The notes under the pieces: generated by a model
What the model was told of the DNA's origin: nothing
Seen by the model: the letters and a program-made list of their open reading frames with translations, nothing else
Databases searched by the model: none
Made by a program: the position numbers and the translations under genes
Shown here: positions 18,381 to 32,937 of the stretch, one piece after another
How positions within the stretch are numbered: the stretch's first letter is position 1
Layout of the letters: each line of letters starts with the position of its first letter
Sequence record: PP886230.1
Direction: 5' to 3' (one strand)
Length of the DNA: 64,000 nt

Positions 18381-18896
18381 ATGCAACTAACAAATTTTAA
18401 GATGTATGAAAAAGAAGGTGGTAATCCTAATTCTTTGTATATGATGTCCGATGAAGGTATGGATTGGTATGAATCTCGTGAATTGTTTGACATTAATAAA
18501 GCAAAATTTATGTATGATATTAACGGTTTAATTGTTTCAGCATCATATAACATTTATGATCTAGTACCTTTAGGTTTTAGTGTTTCTGAAATTGAATATG
18601 ATGGTGATATTAACAAACTTTATGGTATGGTTTACGATGGAAATACTATTCATGACTATATTGAAACTAAAGAAGAAAAAATTGAACGCCTAAAAAATGA
18701 ATTATCTAATTTGAAATACATTGCAATTCAAGAACTTGGACACTTAAAAACGGCTATGGATCTTGAGTTAGCAACTGATGAAGAAGCTGTATTGTTTGTG
18801 AAATTGAAAGATTATGTAACGCAATTGAATTCAATCAAACCAGCAGACATGATCAAGAAAACATTTTCATTTCCAGTTAAACCGGAAAAAAAATGA
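18381..18896 (+). CDS. Tail fibre assembly chaperone
   Basis: Directly after the fibre; SDEG.DWYES..F....K..YD..G.I, L..A.DL..ATDEE...P.KP. Confidence 0.85.
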   Translation: MQLTNFKMYEKEGGNPNSLYMMSDEGMDWYESRELFDINKAKFMYDINGLIVSASYNIYDLVPLGFSVSEIEYDGDINKLYGMVYDGNTIHDYIETKEEKIERLKNELSNLKYIAIQELGHLKTAMDLELATDEEAVLFVKLKDYVTQLNSIKPADMIKKTFSFPVKPEKK

Positions 18897-18922
18897 GACA
18901 ACACGTAAAGACGTGATACAAT
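18895..18922 (+). promoter_or_regulatory. Middle-type promoter (dsbA-like gene/DNA polymerase)
   Basis: GAGACA-N16-TACAAT with TG extension. Confidence 0.65.
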
Positions 18923-18986
18923 TAAGTCATCTCACCGATTGTGGTGAGGTGACATTTTTTTGAAAACACACATGGAGAAATACAAA

Positions 18987-19289
18987 ATGGCTAAATCTAA
19001 AAAAGAAGTTAAAGTTGAAATTCGTGATCTAAACGATGAACAACGTAAACGTCTCGGTGACGCACTTAACAACATTGTTGTACAACTAACTTTCATTGAT
19101 GATACCAAAGCATCCTTATCTGATTTTGTTTCTAGTGTTTCTGATGAACTTGGTATCGATGCATCTGATATCAAACAAGCTGCACAACGTATGTACAAAG
19201 GTGATTACTTTGACAAACAAAATAAACTCGATAATATCGAAACTATTCTTAGTGTTACTAATAATCTTCCACAAGCAGATGATTACTAA
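18987..19289 (+). CDS. dsbA: Double-stranded DNA-binding protein, T4 DsbA-like
   Basis: SDELGIDASDIKQAAQRMYKGDY resembles T4 DsbA KDELGVDGKMFNRLLALYHKDN; GGAGA RBS. Confidence 0.6.
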   Translation: MAKSKKEVKVEIRDLNDEQRKRLGDALNNIVVQLTFIDDTKASLSDFVSSVSDELGIDASDIKQAAQRMYKGDYFDKQNKLDNIETILSVTNNLPQADDY

Positions 19290-19311
19290 TTAGTACTAAA
19301 ATATATTAAAT

Positions 19312-19339
19312 AGCCTCCAATGACGGAGGCTTTCTTTTT
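19312..19339 (+). terminator. Intrinsic terminator
   Basis: AGCCTCC-AATGAC-GGAGGCT plus TTCTTTTT. Confidence 0.75.
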
Positions 19340-19368
19340 AACTTAATAAACGTAAGGGAATACAAACG

Positions 19369-22300
19369 ATGTATATCGATGCTTATATGGAACGTAAACG
19401 TACTGGTGATATTCTTCATGTAGTTGAACGTAAGAATGGTAAACGTATTCTACGCGAATTAGATCCAGTATATGAATATTATGTTGAATCCCCACAAGGA
19501 ACACATAAAACTGTTTATGGTACAATGGCTAAACATTTTGAGTTTCAAACTCAAGCTCAAATGAATAAAAGTGTAGAGCAACACAAAAGTGAAGGTCTAC
19601 GTATTTTTGAAAGTGATTGTAACATTACATTTAAAACATTAGCTAAAGAATATATGGGAAAAGGTTCACCCGATTTGAACATCGTGTTCTTCGATATCGA
19701 GACTGATTTCCATAAGAAATTTGGTTATGCTCCACCATCAGACCCGTTTAACCGAGTAACCGCTATTTCTCTATATCAATCATGGACTGGAAAGGATTAT
19801 GTACTTACTTTACCACCTGCTGATATGGAAATTTATGAAGCACAAGATATTGTTCGCCAACTAAATGAAGAAACAAACGATCCTAACAGTACTGTAATTT
19901 TATATACAGACGAAAAGGAAATGTTTATGGAATTCTTTAGTTTAATTGATGATTCTGATGTTATTTCAGGATGGAATAGTGAATTCTTTGATATTCCATA
20001 TATGATCAATCGAACTAAAAAAATCTTCAATGAAGCAACAACTGCTCGTTGGTGTTTATGGAATAAAAAACCAAATTCACGTGAAGCAGACAACTTTGGT
20101 AAAACTGTTCAAACATATGATCTGGTAGGTCGCGTCCATCTTGATTATTTGGCTTTGTATAAGAAACATGCTGGTCAAGTTGAACAATCTTATAAACTAG
20201 ATTATATTGCTGAAAAAGTAACTAAAGAAAATAAAGTATCCTATGAAGGTTCATTGGATAAACTTTACAGAGAGGATTACATTACTTTCTTGCGTTATTC
20301 TAAACAGGATAGTATTCTTCTTAAAAAGATTGATGCTAAATGTGACTATATCAACCTACACAATCGACTTGCACACAAAGAATGTGTACTTATCAGTACA
20401 ACAATGGGTTCAGTAGCACTAATCGACACTGCTATTATCAACTTAGCACATACTCGTGGTGAAGTTGTTTTCAACAAAGCACCGAAAGATGATCTTGAGT
20501 TTGATCCAGAAATGGAATATTATGGTGAAGATGGTGAAGAAGAAGATGAGAAAATTAGTGCAAAAGCAGCAGGTGCATGGGTACAAGATCCAGTACTAGG
20601 ACTTGTAAGTGACCTTGGGTGTACTGACTTTAACTCTCTTTACCCTACTGTTCTACGTACTTTGGGTATGAGTACTGAATGTATTCTTGGTCAATTACGT
20701 CAAGATTACACCGATGCGTATCTTGCAGCTAAAATCCAAGAACAGAAGAACAAATCTAAATCTAAATCATTTGAACCAGATTGGACTGCGGCATGGCATG
20801 GTTTATTTGCTGCTGTTGAATTTACAATGGTTCATGAAAAGTCAGAAGAAACATTGATTGTTGATTTAGAAGATGGGAGTTCTTTTAAAGCAACGGGCAA
20901 AGAGCTATATGATATTATTTTTGCAGAAGATAGTACTATTGTACTTAGTGCAAACGGAACACTTTTTGATAAGTCTAAGTCTGGTGTAATTCCTGACATT
21001 CTAACTCAATGGTATTCTGAACGTAAAGCACAGCAAAAAATGGTCATTGACTACAAACATATGTATACTGATGGTTGGGAGTTTAATGGCTATGAAAAAG
21101 TCGAACCACTACTATCAAACTATACCCCTGGTACAATGTTTAGAACTAATATTCATGATAATGATCCTGTATACTTACTTCGTAAAGAAATTGGTAAAGG
21201 ACAGTGGGATGAAGTTGCTAAGTTGATTGTAGAAAACGGATTAGTACTAAAAGATGGTCGTATTTTCTGTCCTAAAGAAGAAAAAGATTACTTCAAACAA
21301 CGTAGTGCTTTCTGGAAACAGAACCAACAGATTCGTAAGATTCTTCTAAACAGTCTATATGGTGCACTATTGAACAAAGGTTCTCGTTTTTTTGACAAAC
21401 GTTTAGGTCAATCCGTAACATTAACTGGACGTTCTATGACCAAACATATGGCAAGTCGTATCAATGAAATTACTACTGGTGTATATAACCACCAAGGTGG
21501 TTCAGTAATTTATGGTGATACTGACTCAGTTTACTTTAGTGTAACTCATTATCTGAAAGAACAAGGTATTCCATATAATCTATCTAAAGAAGAGATTGTT
21601 GATATGTATATTAAAATTGGTGAAGAAGTTGGTGAATCTTTCCCATCATTTATGCATGAGATGTTCAACACTGGTATTGAAAAAGGTAAGATTGTTGGTG
21701 CAGACCTTGAGATGGTTGGTTCGCGTGGCCTATTCTTGAAGAAAAAACGTTATGCAATTCTGAAGTACTGGGAAGATGGGTTCCGTAAAGATATTGATGG
21801 TAAACCAGGTGAAATCAAAGCGATGGGTCTTGAAATTAAACGCTCAGACACGCCAAAATACATCCAGAACTTCCTAGAAGAGACTCTAATCGCATTACTG
21901 GTAGGTGAGAGTGAACAACAGCTAAAACAGCGTGTACGTGAGTTTAAGGACGTATTTAAGGATATGCCTGTACATGAAAAAGGTTCACCAAAAACTGTAA
22001 AAAACTACACTAATTTAGAGGCTGAATATCAGCTAACTGGTAAGTGTAAAGTTGGTCACGTTCTTGCTGGTATCCAATGGAACCGTCTACGTGAAGTTTA
22101 TGATGATAAATCTGTTCCAGAAGTAACAGATGGAACAAAAGTAATTGTCTGTAACTTAAAAGATAATCCTATGGGAATTAAAGCAGTTGGTTATCCAATT
22201 GACTGTGTTGAGTATCTTCCAGAATGGTTCTTGGAACTACCATTTGATACTGAAAAAATGGAAGAGATTGTTCTAACTAAAAAATTAGAGAATATTTTTG

Positions 22301-22374
22301 GTATTTTGGATATGGATATTGGTATTCATGAAAAAAGTACTGCGTCAGTAAACAATGGATTCTTCACTTGGTAA
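19369..22374 (+). CDS. gp43: Family B DNA polymerase with 3'-5' exonuclease (gp43)
   Basis: Exo FDIETD, GWNSEFFD, YKLDYIA; pol DFNSLYP, KILLNSLYG, YGDTDS, KKRY. Confidence 0.97.
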   Translation: MYIDAYMERKRTGDILHVVERKNGKRILRELDPVYEYYVESPQGTHKTVYGTMAKHFEFQTQAQMNKSVEQHKSEGLRIFESDCNITFKTLAKEYMGKGSPDLNIVFFDIETDFHKKFGYAPPSDPFNRVTAISLYQSWTGKDYVLTLPPADMEIYEAQDIVRQLNEETNDPNSTVILYTDEKEMFMEFFSLIDDSDVISGWNSEFFDIPYMINRTKKIFNEATTARWCLWNKKPNSREADNFGKTVQTYDLVGRVHLDYLALYKKHAGQVEQSYKLDYIAEKVTKENKVSYEGSLDKLYREDYITFLRYSKQDSILLKKIDAKCDYINLHNRLAHKECVLISTTMGSVALIDTAIINLAHTRGEVVFNKAPKDDLEFDPEMEYYGEDGEEEDEKISAKAAGAWVQDPVLGLVSDLGCTDFNSLYPTVLRTLGMSTECILGQLRQDYTDAYLAAKIQEQKNKSKSKSFEPDWTAAWHGLFAAVEFTMVHEKSEETLIVDLEDGSSFKATGKELYDIIFAEDSTIVLSANGTLFDKSKSGVIPDILTQWYSERKAQQKMVIDYKHMYTDGWEFNGYEKVEPLLSNYTPGTMFRTNIHDNDPVYLLRKEIGKGQWDEVAKLIVENGLVLKDGRIFCPKEEKDYFKQRSAFWKQNQQIRKILLNSLYGALLNKGSRFFDKRLGQSVTLTGRSMTKHMASRINEITTGVYNHQGGSVIYGDTDSVYFSVTHYLKEQGIPYNLSKEEIVDMYIKIGEEVGESFPSFMHEMFNTGIEKGKIVGADLEMVGSRGLFLKKKRYAILKYWEDGFRKDIDGKPGEIKAMGLEIKRSDTPKYIQNFLEETLIALLVGESEQQLKQRVREFKDVFKDMPVHEKGSPKTVKNYTNLEAEYQLTGKCKVGHVLAGIQWNRLREVYDDKSVPEVTDGTKVIVCNLKDNPMGIKAVGYPIDCVEYLPEWFLELPFDTEKMEEIVLTKKLENIFGILDMDIGIHEKSTASVNNGFFTW

Positions 22375-22385
22375 GGAGTAATAAT

Positions 22386-22535
22386 ATGGTTATTGTAAAT
22401 GAAATTGAACTAAACTATGACGAAGTAAACGATACTTTCACTAATGAGATGTTGAATCTTACTGAAGAAAGTGTAAATGAGGCATGGGAAAAATATGTAG
22501 AATGGACTTCATTACAAGGTAAAAATGATGAGTAA
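22386..22535 (+). CDS. Small acidic hypothetical protein (49 aa, not in ORF track)
   Basis: AAGGAG RBS, MVIVNEIELNYDEV...QGKNDE*, overlaps start of next gene. Confidence 0.6.
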   Translation: MVIVNEIELNYDEVNDTFTNEMLNLTEESVNEAWEKYVEWTSLQGKNDE

Positions 22536-22824
22536 TATATATAAGCGTATTGGTGAAGTATTAGAAGGTAATGGTATCATTAATTCTGTACTAGCATATG
22601 ATAATGATGAAGAAGTAGTTCTAATTGGTGCGGGTTTTACTCGCACTGGTTCAGTGGAAGTTGACGGAGAGATTGCTGATGTTTACACTCTTGTGAAAAA
22701 GCGTAAAGTTGTTTTTGTCGATGATGTACATACATTAAAAGACTTGAAAAAATTACGAGATAAAATTGGCATGAGTTCTACAATTGATAAGCCTTATCTT
22801 CAACGTTGGAATACAAAATACTGA
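22525..22824 (+). CDS. Hypothetical protein
   Basis: 99-aa ORF in operon frame. Confidence 0.65.
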   Translation: MMSNIYKRIGEVLEGNGIINSVLAYDNDEEVVLIGAGFTRTGSVEVDGEIADVYTLVKKRKVVFVDDVHTLKDLKKLRDKIGMSSTIDKPYLQRWNTKY

Positions 22825-22833
22825 TAAAAAATT

Positions 22834-22861
22834 GAGACAAGCATCATTTTTGAGATATAAT
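22834..22861 (+). promoter_or_regulatory. Middle-type promoter (clamp-like gene)
   Basis: GAGACA-N16-TATAAT. Confidence 0.7.
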
Positions 22862-22925
22862 GGTGCTTGTAGTAATCTTACATAAAAACATTTTTTGATT
22901 AACAAATAAAACGGAGAATTATATA

Positions 22926-23657
22926 ATGGATCTACGCAACGTACTACGTGACCTCGTAAACACAACCAGTGGTATTGACTTCTCTTGTATTGCAGTAAGC
23001 AGTGAAGACCGTGGTGAAGGACAACGTGTATATCTAGAAGCGTACACAGATGACCGAACTCTTGTAATGCGAGCATATACTAAAGAAGATGTTCCTGAAG
23101 TTCAGGGTCGTTTTGGCTTAGGTAATCTAGGTCTTCTTCAGGGTCTAATGTCTCTAAAAACATACAGTACCGAAGGAACCACAATCACATCAAATGTTAA
23201 AGATGGTTCAGTTAAAAGTCTGGCATTTAAATCTGAAGATGCAAGCACTACATTTATGGTACAAGCTGAAAAACTTATTCCAGTTCAACCACGTTTTCAT
23301 GAACAACCATATGACGTACAGGTTATTCCTAGTGCAGCAAAAGTTCAGGAACTAAAGAGTTTTTCTGGTGTATTTAAATCTTTTAGTTCTCTTGTAACTC
23401 CGTATACTGAAGGCGACACCCTATACTTTCACGTTGGTGAGAAAAACAAAAGTAACCACGTTGGTTCTCTAGCTTTTTCTAAAACTGAAGGTGAATTAGG
23501 TCTTGGTTTTGGTTATAATATTGATCGCGTACTTCAAGCATTATCTCGCGTATCTAATGCCGAATCAGTATCACTTGGTATTACTAAAACTGGTATGCTA
23601 AATGTAACACTAGATACTGGAATTGCAGTATACAAATTTTACGTAACAGGCTGCTAA
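22926..23657 (+). CDS. Probable DNA polymerase sliding clamp (gp45-like)
   Basis: 243 aa, clamp-like size and alternating beta/alpha pattern, FGL.NL..L motif, near the polymerase gene. Confidence 0.6.
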   Translation: MDLRNVLRDLVNTTSGIDFSCIAVSSEDRGEGQRVYLEAYTDDRTLVMRAYTKEDVPEVQGRFGLGNLGLLQGLMSLKTYSTEGTTITSNVKDGSVKSLAFKSEDASTTFMVQAEKLIPVQPRFHEQPYDVQVIPSAAKVQELKSFSGVFKSFSSLVTPYTEGDTLYFHVGEKNKSNHVGSLAFSKTEGELGLGFGYNIDRVLQALSRVSNAESVSLGITKTGMLNVTLDTGIAVYKFYVTGC

Positions 23658-23665
23658 TATAAATA
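23658..23665 (+). promoter_or_regulatory. Late promoter TATAAATA (FmdB-like/GroES operon)
   Basis: Exact consensus directly after the clamp-like gene stop. Confidence 0.65.
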
Positions 23666-23721
23666 ACGGGGAACACTATGTTCCCCAAATTAGTTTGATT
23701 TAAAAAGTAAAGGAATACAAA

Positions 23722-23928
23722 ATGCCATTATATACATATCGTTGTGAAAAAGAAGAATGCAAACATAGCATGGAAAAAATTGTTAAAATTGCAAATCGTG
23801 ATGAACCTCATGATTGTCCTAAATGTAATGGTGAAAAAACTATGAAGTTGGAAGTGTTCACTCCAGGTGATAAGGGTGCTAATCTTTATTTCCGTGGAAA
23901 ATGGTTTGCAAATACTGGAGGTTACTGA
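23722..23928 (+). CDS. FmdB-family zinc-ribbon protein
   Basis: MPLYTYRC...C.H..E.........CPKCNG...F.G.WF.NTGGY. Confidence 0.85.
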   Translation: MPLYTYRCEKEECKHSMEKIVKIANRDEPHDCPKCNGEKTMKLEVFTPGDKGANLYFRGKWFANTGGY

Positions 23929-23929
23929 T

Positions 23930-24229
23930 ATGAAAATTAAAATGATTAATGATTACGTTCTTGTTCGACAAATTGAAGCACAGAATAAAAGTACTGGTGG
24001 TATTATTCTAGGTAATGTTGAACCACCATGTATTGGGATGGTAATTTCCGTTGGTCCAGGTAAAATTCTTCCGAACGGACAACTTGCAGAACATAATATT
24101 AAAGAAGGTGATATGGTTGTGTTTGGTCGTTCATCTTTGAACACACCACTGACTGAAGATCTTGGTGGCGGTGAAGATACATATTATGTAATGAAAATCG
24201 AAGAGATTTTTGGTAAGAAAAATGGCTAA
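23930..24229 (+). CDS. groES: Co-chaperonin GroES (cpn10)
   Basis: NDYVLVR....KSTGGIIL...G.V.SVGPG......G...KEGD.V.F; GGAGG RBS. Confidence 0.92.
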   Translation: MKIKMINDYVLVRQIEAQNKSTGGIILGNVEPPCIGMVISVGPGKILPNGQLAEHNIKEGDMVVFGRSSLNTPLTEDLGGGEDTYYVMKIEEIFGKKNG

Positions 24230-24947
24230 AAAGAAATTTATTCCATTTTGGATGGTCCCTGCTCACTGGGGACTTTCTGGAAAGGCAAAAGAGATAGCTA
24301 AAGCATACTACTACAATGATGATTATGAAGCTGATATGAAAGTTGCTGAATTGACATATCTAACTCCATATGAAGTTGAAGTGGCCCAATTGGATATTAA
24401 AAAGAAATATAGCGTAATTGGAGATTTGGAATATCTAATTGCTGCACTTGATGTTGAACTAAAATATTCTAAAATTACTCGTGAACAGTATGATGTTAAA
24501 GTTCTTGATGCAAAACTAAGTATTGGAGTTATTACAGAAAAAGAATATGATATGGAAATCATTGAGTTAATGCCAGAAGGTGATGAAAAAAGGCTTAAGG
24601 CTATTGAATTTGCATATCGTTACGATGAAATCACACAAAGTGAATATTCTAAGGAAATATACACACTTCGTAAAGAACCTTGGATTGATTTGGATGTTGT
24701 TCTTGATCCTGAAACTAATGAAGTTGAGTTTGTATTTGACTATAATGAATATTTCTGGAAAAAGTTGAAAGCTGAAGGTCATCCAGGAAATGATGAAGAA
24801 GAAATTATCGATAACTTTGTGAGAGACTTGGGGCGTAAACTTGCTACGGATGATTTCAGTGATGATTACGACACAAAGCTGGTGAGTGCGAACGAAGGAT
24901 TAGACAAGCTACCTGGTTTGCCTGAAGGATTTCGTTCATATAGATAA
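24222..24947 (+). CDS. Hypothetical protein
   Basis: 241-aa ORF overlapping the groES stop; IPF...PAHWGL.G start. Confidence 0.75.
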   Translation: MAKKKFIPFWMVPAHWGLSGKAKEIAKAYYYNDDYEADMKVAELTYLTPYEVEVAQLDIKKKYSVIGDLEYLIAALDVELKYSKITREQYDVKVLDAKLSIGVITEKEYDMEIIELMPEGDEKRLKAIEFAYRYDEITQSEYSKEIYTLRKEPWIDLDVVLDPETNEVEFVFDYNEYFWKKLKAEGHPGNDEEEIIDNFVRDLGRKLATDDFSDDYDTKLVSANEGLDKLPGLPEGFRSYR

Positions 24948-24951
24948 CATA

Positions 24952-24985
24952 TAAAAAAAGGAGAGCAAATGCTCTCCTTTTCTTT
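24952..24985. terminator. Bidirectional intrinsic terminator
   Basis: A run, AGGAGAGC-AAAT-GCTCTCCT, T run, between convergent genes. Confidence 0.85.
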
Positions 24986-24994
24986 TGAAAAATA

Positions 24995-25684
24995 TTAAAC
25001 CAATGCTGGGATGTATTGGAAAAGTTTAACACCGAAATCACCTGCTGCATCAGCAGATTGGGAACGTAGGTAAACTTCGGTAACACCATCTTTAGCAAGT
25101 AGTGGAACACCAGTTAGATCATCAATTAGTAGACGGCCTTCTTCGGATTCAGTACTTGGTACACCTTGTGGTGATTTAAGATCTTTGTTAAAGACACCCG
25201 CACGTTCAACTAGGAAGGTAACAACAGAAGCATCAGCAATACTAACTGAACCTGCACTCAATACACCATCAGGTGCGTTGGTGAAACCAGTAACTGGAAA
25301 TACTTCAAGACCATTACCTGCGATGTTAGAGGTAGCGATGATAACCGCACGTTGTTGAACAACATCGACAATACGTTTAACGTTAGTTTGTGCTGCATAA
25401 GATGCATTGTAATCAGCTTCTAGTGTGCCAAGAACAAATGCAGTTCCATCAATACGTTTGATACCTTTATCATTTAGATATGCTAGAATTTCTTCTGGAA
25501 TATCAGTGTTTAGAAAACGTTGTAGACCAGCATAAGAAGAAACTGCACCAGTAACTAGAACGTTTACGTCTCCTAGCTTACTGATAGCAATGGATGCTAG
25601 GGCGTTAGTGCCACAAAAGTAACCTAGAATACGTTCAAAGGAATAACCATTGATACGTTCAAAAGAAGTATTAGTATATGACAT
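24995..25684 (-). CDS. Abundant virion structural protein (paralogue of 25699-26298)
   Basis: Capsid-gene-like codon bias; shares QQRAV...TS and TF..ER..VF with its neighbour. Confidence 0.65.
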   Translation of the reverse strand: MSYTNTSFERINGYSFERILGYFCGTNALASIAISKLGDVNVLVTGAVSSYAGLQRFLNTDIPEEILAYLNDKGIKRIDGTAFVLGTLEADYNASYAAQTNVKRIVDVVQQRAVIIATSNIAGNGLEVFPVTGFTNAPDGVLSAGSVSIADASVVTFLVERAGVFNKDLKSPQGVPSTESEEGRLLIDDLTGVPLLAKDGVTEVYLRSQSADAAGDFGVKLFQYIPALV

Positions 25685-25698
25685 AATCTATCCTCCTA

Positions 25699-26298
25699 TT
25701 ATAGTTGAACAGGAAGAGCAGCACGTACTTTAATTGCTACAGCAGTAGATGCACCTGCATCACCAACACCATCAGTACCTTGACTTACGAAAGTTTTGGT
25801 ACGGAAAACTTTAGCTTGAGCGATAGACTTAGCTAGGTCAACAGTTGGATCAACTGGAGCAGGACATGCTGAACCAGGACGAACTTCTTGCTTGTTAAAT
25901 ACGTCTTGACGTTCACAGATGAAAGTCAATGCAACAGAATTAGCACCACCTGCTACATCAGCACCACTAGTGCCGAACGCAACTACGTTTGGATTAGCAT
26001 TTTTGAAATCAGCAGGAATAACAACTTCTGAATCAAGAGCTAGTAGAGAGGTAGTAACTAGAACTGCACGTTGTTGTAGTAGTTGGGTAACCATGAATAG
26101 GTTATATTGAGCATTACTTAGAGCAGTTTGATACGCTTCAGCTTGAACATCAGAACCGTCAGAAGTAACTTTGGTAGTACCTAGTTCAACATCAGTTGGT
26201 AGATCGATTACGATGGTAACGAAACCGTTATTACCACCCCACCATTCGCGAGCAACGCTAGACATACCATAGTTACGGTTAAAAGAATTAAGACTCAT
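25699..26298 (-). CDS. Abundant virion structural protein (paralogue of 24995-25684)
   Basis: As neighbour; AAGGAG RBS; late promoter upstream. Confidence 0.65.
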   Translation of the reverse strand: MSLNSFNRNYGMSSVAREWWGGNNGFVTIVIDLPTDVELGTTKVTSDGSDVQAEAYQTALSNAQYNLFMVTQLLQQRAVLVTTSLLALDSEVVIPADFKNANPNVVAFGTSGADVAGGANSVALTFICERQDVFNKQEVRPGSACPAPVDPTVDLAKSIAQAKVFRTKTFVSQGTDGVGDAGASTAVAIKVRAALPVQL

Positions 26299-26344
26299 GA
26301 AAATCTCCTTGTCAAATTTTGTGCAGGTATATCCTGCTTAAAGT

Positions 26345-26352
26345 TATTTATC
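26345..26352 (-). promoter_or_regulatory. Late promoter GATAAATA
   Basis: TATTTATC on +, upstream of start 26298. Confidence 0.6.
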
Positions 26353-26422
26353 AAAAAATATCACTAGCATTTAAATTTACTGAGATATTTAATGAATTTC
26401 TATGATATTATTTATCAAATCT

Positions 26423-31707
<5,285 letters not shown>

Positions 31708-31718
31708 TTAAAAAATAT

Positions 31719-31746
31719 GGGACAGTATAAAAACCTGTGCTATAAT
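31719..31746 (+). promoter_or_regulatory. Middle-type promoter 2 (gp32 operon)
   Basis: GGGACA-N16-TATAAT with TG extension, tandem with 31644. Confidence 0.75.
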
Positions 31747-31833
31747 GTAAAACGTTGAAGGAACAATGAAGTTTCTGAAACATTGAAGCCAATTAACAAA
31801 TAACAAAGAAACCCAAAATCAAGGAAGATATAT

Positions 31834-32868
31834 ATGAAATCTCTAGCTGAAATTCGTGCACACCTAAAAGCAGAACAAGAAAAAGCAGAAGCTCAAAAGA
31901 ATGGTACATTTACTGGTGAGCGTAAAGCTGATTCGTTCTTAGCTTTCTGGAACGTACCTTATAACGAACCACTAAACCTACGTTTTCTACCAGATGCAGA
32001 TGAGTCTAACCCATTCTTCTGGCGTGAACGTGACATGATTAACCTAACTTTCAATGGTGTAGTCGGTATGCACACTGATAAAGTTACCGTTCAAGTACCT
32101 TGTAACGAAATGTGGGTTCCTAAATCCTGTCCGGTTCTGAAAGAAGTACGTCAATGGTTCCAAAGTGCGAATGAAACAGGGAACGAAGAACTAAAAGCAA
32201 TGGCTGGTCGTTACTGGAAGAAGAAAACCTATCTAATGCAATGTTTTATTGCTCCTGATAGCGTTGCAGTAAAAGACGACATTGCACCAGAAAATCCAAT
32301 TCGTCGTATTCTGGCTAACAAAGATATCTTTGATAAAGTTAAATCCATCCTGCTAAATCCAGGCATCAAAGAGTCTCCAACTCACTACGTTCAAGGTCGT
32401 GATTTTGGTATTGTTAAAACTAAGAATGGTGGTGGTTATAATAGCTACGACATGTCTCAATTCTCCATGTCTGAGCGTCCACTAAACGAAGAAGAACTAG
32501 CAGCAATTGAAAAATATGGCCTATACAATCTAAATGATTTTATGCCAAAACAACCAACTCCAGAAGAGTTGAAAGCAATTGAAGAAATGTTCGAAGCATC
32601 AGTAAATGGTGAAGCATATGATCCAGCACGTTGGGCATTTGCATATCGTCCAGCAGGTGTACCAAAACCTAACTCTGGAACTGTTACTGAATCAAAACCA
32701 ACTCCTGCTCCAGTACAACAAGAGTCAGCACCTGCACCAGTTACACCAGCCCCACAAGCTGCTCCAGTAACTCCAGTCGCTACCCCAGCAGCAACCACTC
32801 CTGAAGCACCAAAAGAACAACTATCTGCATCTGCACTAGTTGCTCGTTTGAAACAACAAGGTAAGTAA
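31834..32868 (+). CDS. gp32: Single-stranded DNA-binding protein (gp32-like)
   Basis: LRFLP......FW, CPV......W, KK.YL, G.DF.I.K...GGYNSYD.S.F; first gene of the uvsX/Y/W cluster. Confidence 0.85.
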   Translation: MKSLAEIRAHLKAEQEKAEAQKNGTFTGERKADSFLAFWNVPYNEPLNLRFLPDADESNPFFWRERDMINLTFNGVVGMHTDKVTVQVPCNEMWVPKSCPVLKEVRQWFQSANETGNEELKAMAGRYWKKKTYLMQCFIAPDSVAVKDDIAPENPIRRILANKDIFDKVKSILLNPGIKESPTHYVQGRDFGIVKTKNGGGYNSYDMSQFSMSERPLNEEELAAIEKYGLYNLNDFMPKQPTPEELKAIEEMFEASVNGEAYDPARWAFAYRPAGVPKPNSGTVTESKPTPAPVQQESAPAPVTPAPQAAPVTPVATPAATTPEAPKEQLSASALVARLKQQGK

Positions 32869-32886
32869 TAGTTTTTGAAAAGTTAA

Positions 32887-32914
32887 GGGGCAACGGAGTT
32901 TGCCCCGTTTTATT
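32887..32914 (+). terminator. Intrinsic terminator/attenuator after gp32
   Basis: GGGGCAA-CGGAGT-TTGCCCC plus GTTTTATTT. Confidence 0.7.
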
Positions 32915-32937
32915 TCATGAAATTCAAGGAGCGAATT

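Noticed and set aside
21040-21320. ~90-aa insertion in the polymerase fingers region (possible intein)
   Set aside because: No Cys/Ser start, no His-Asn end and no endonuclease motifs; looks like a lineage-specific helical extension
32690-32815. CCAG-rich near-repeats
   Set aside because: Encode the Pro/Ala/Thr linker of gp32
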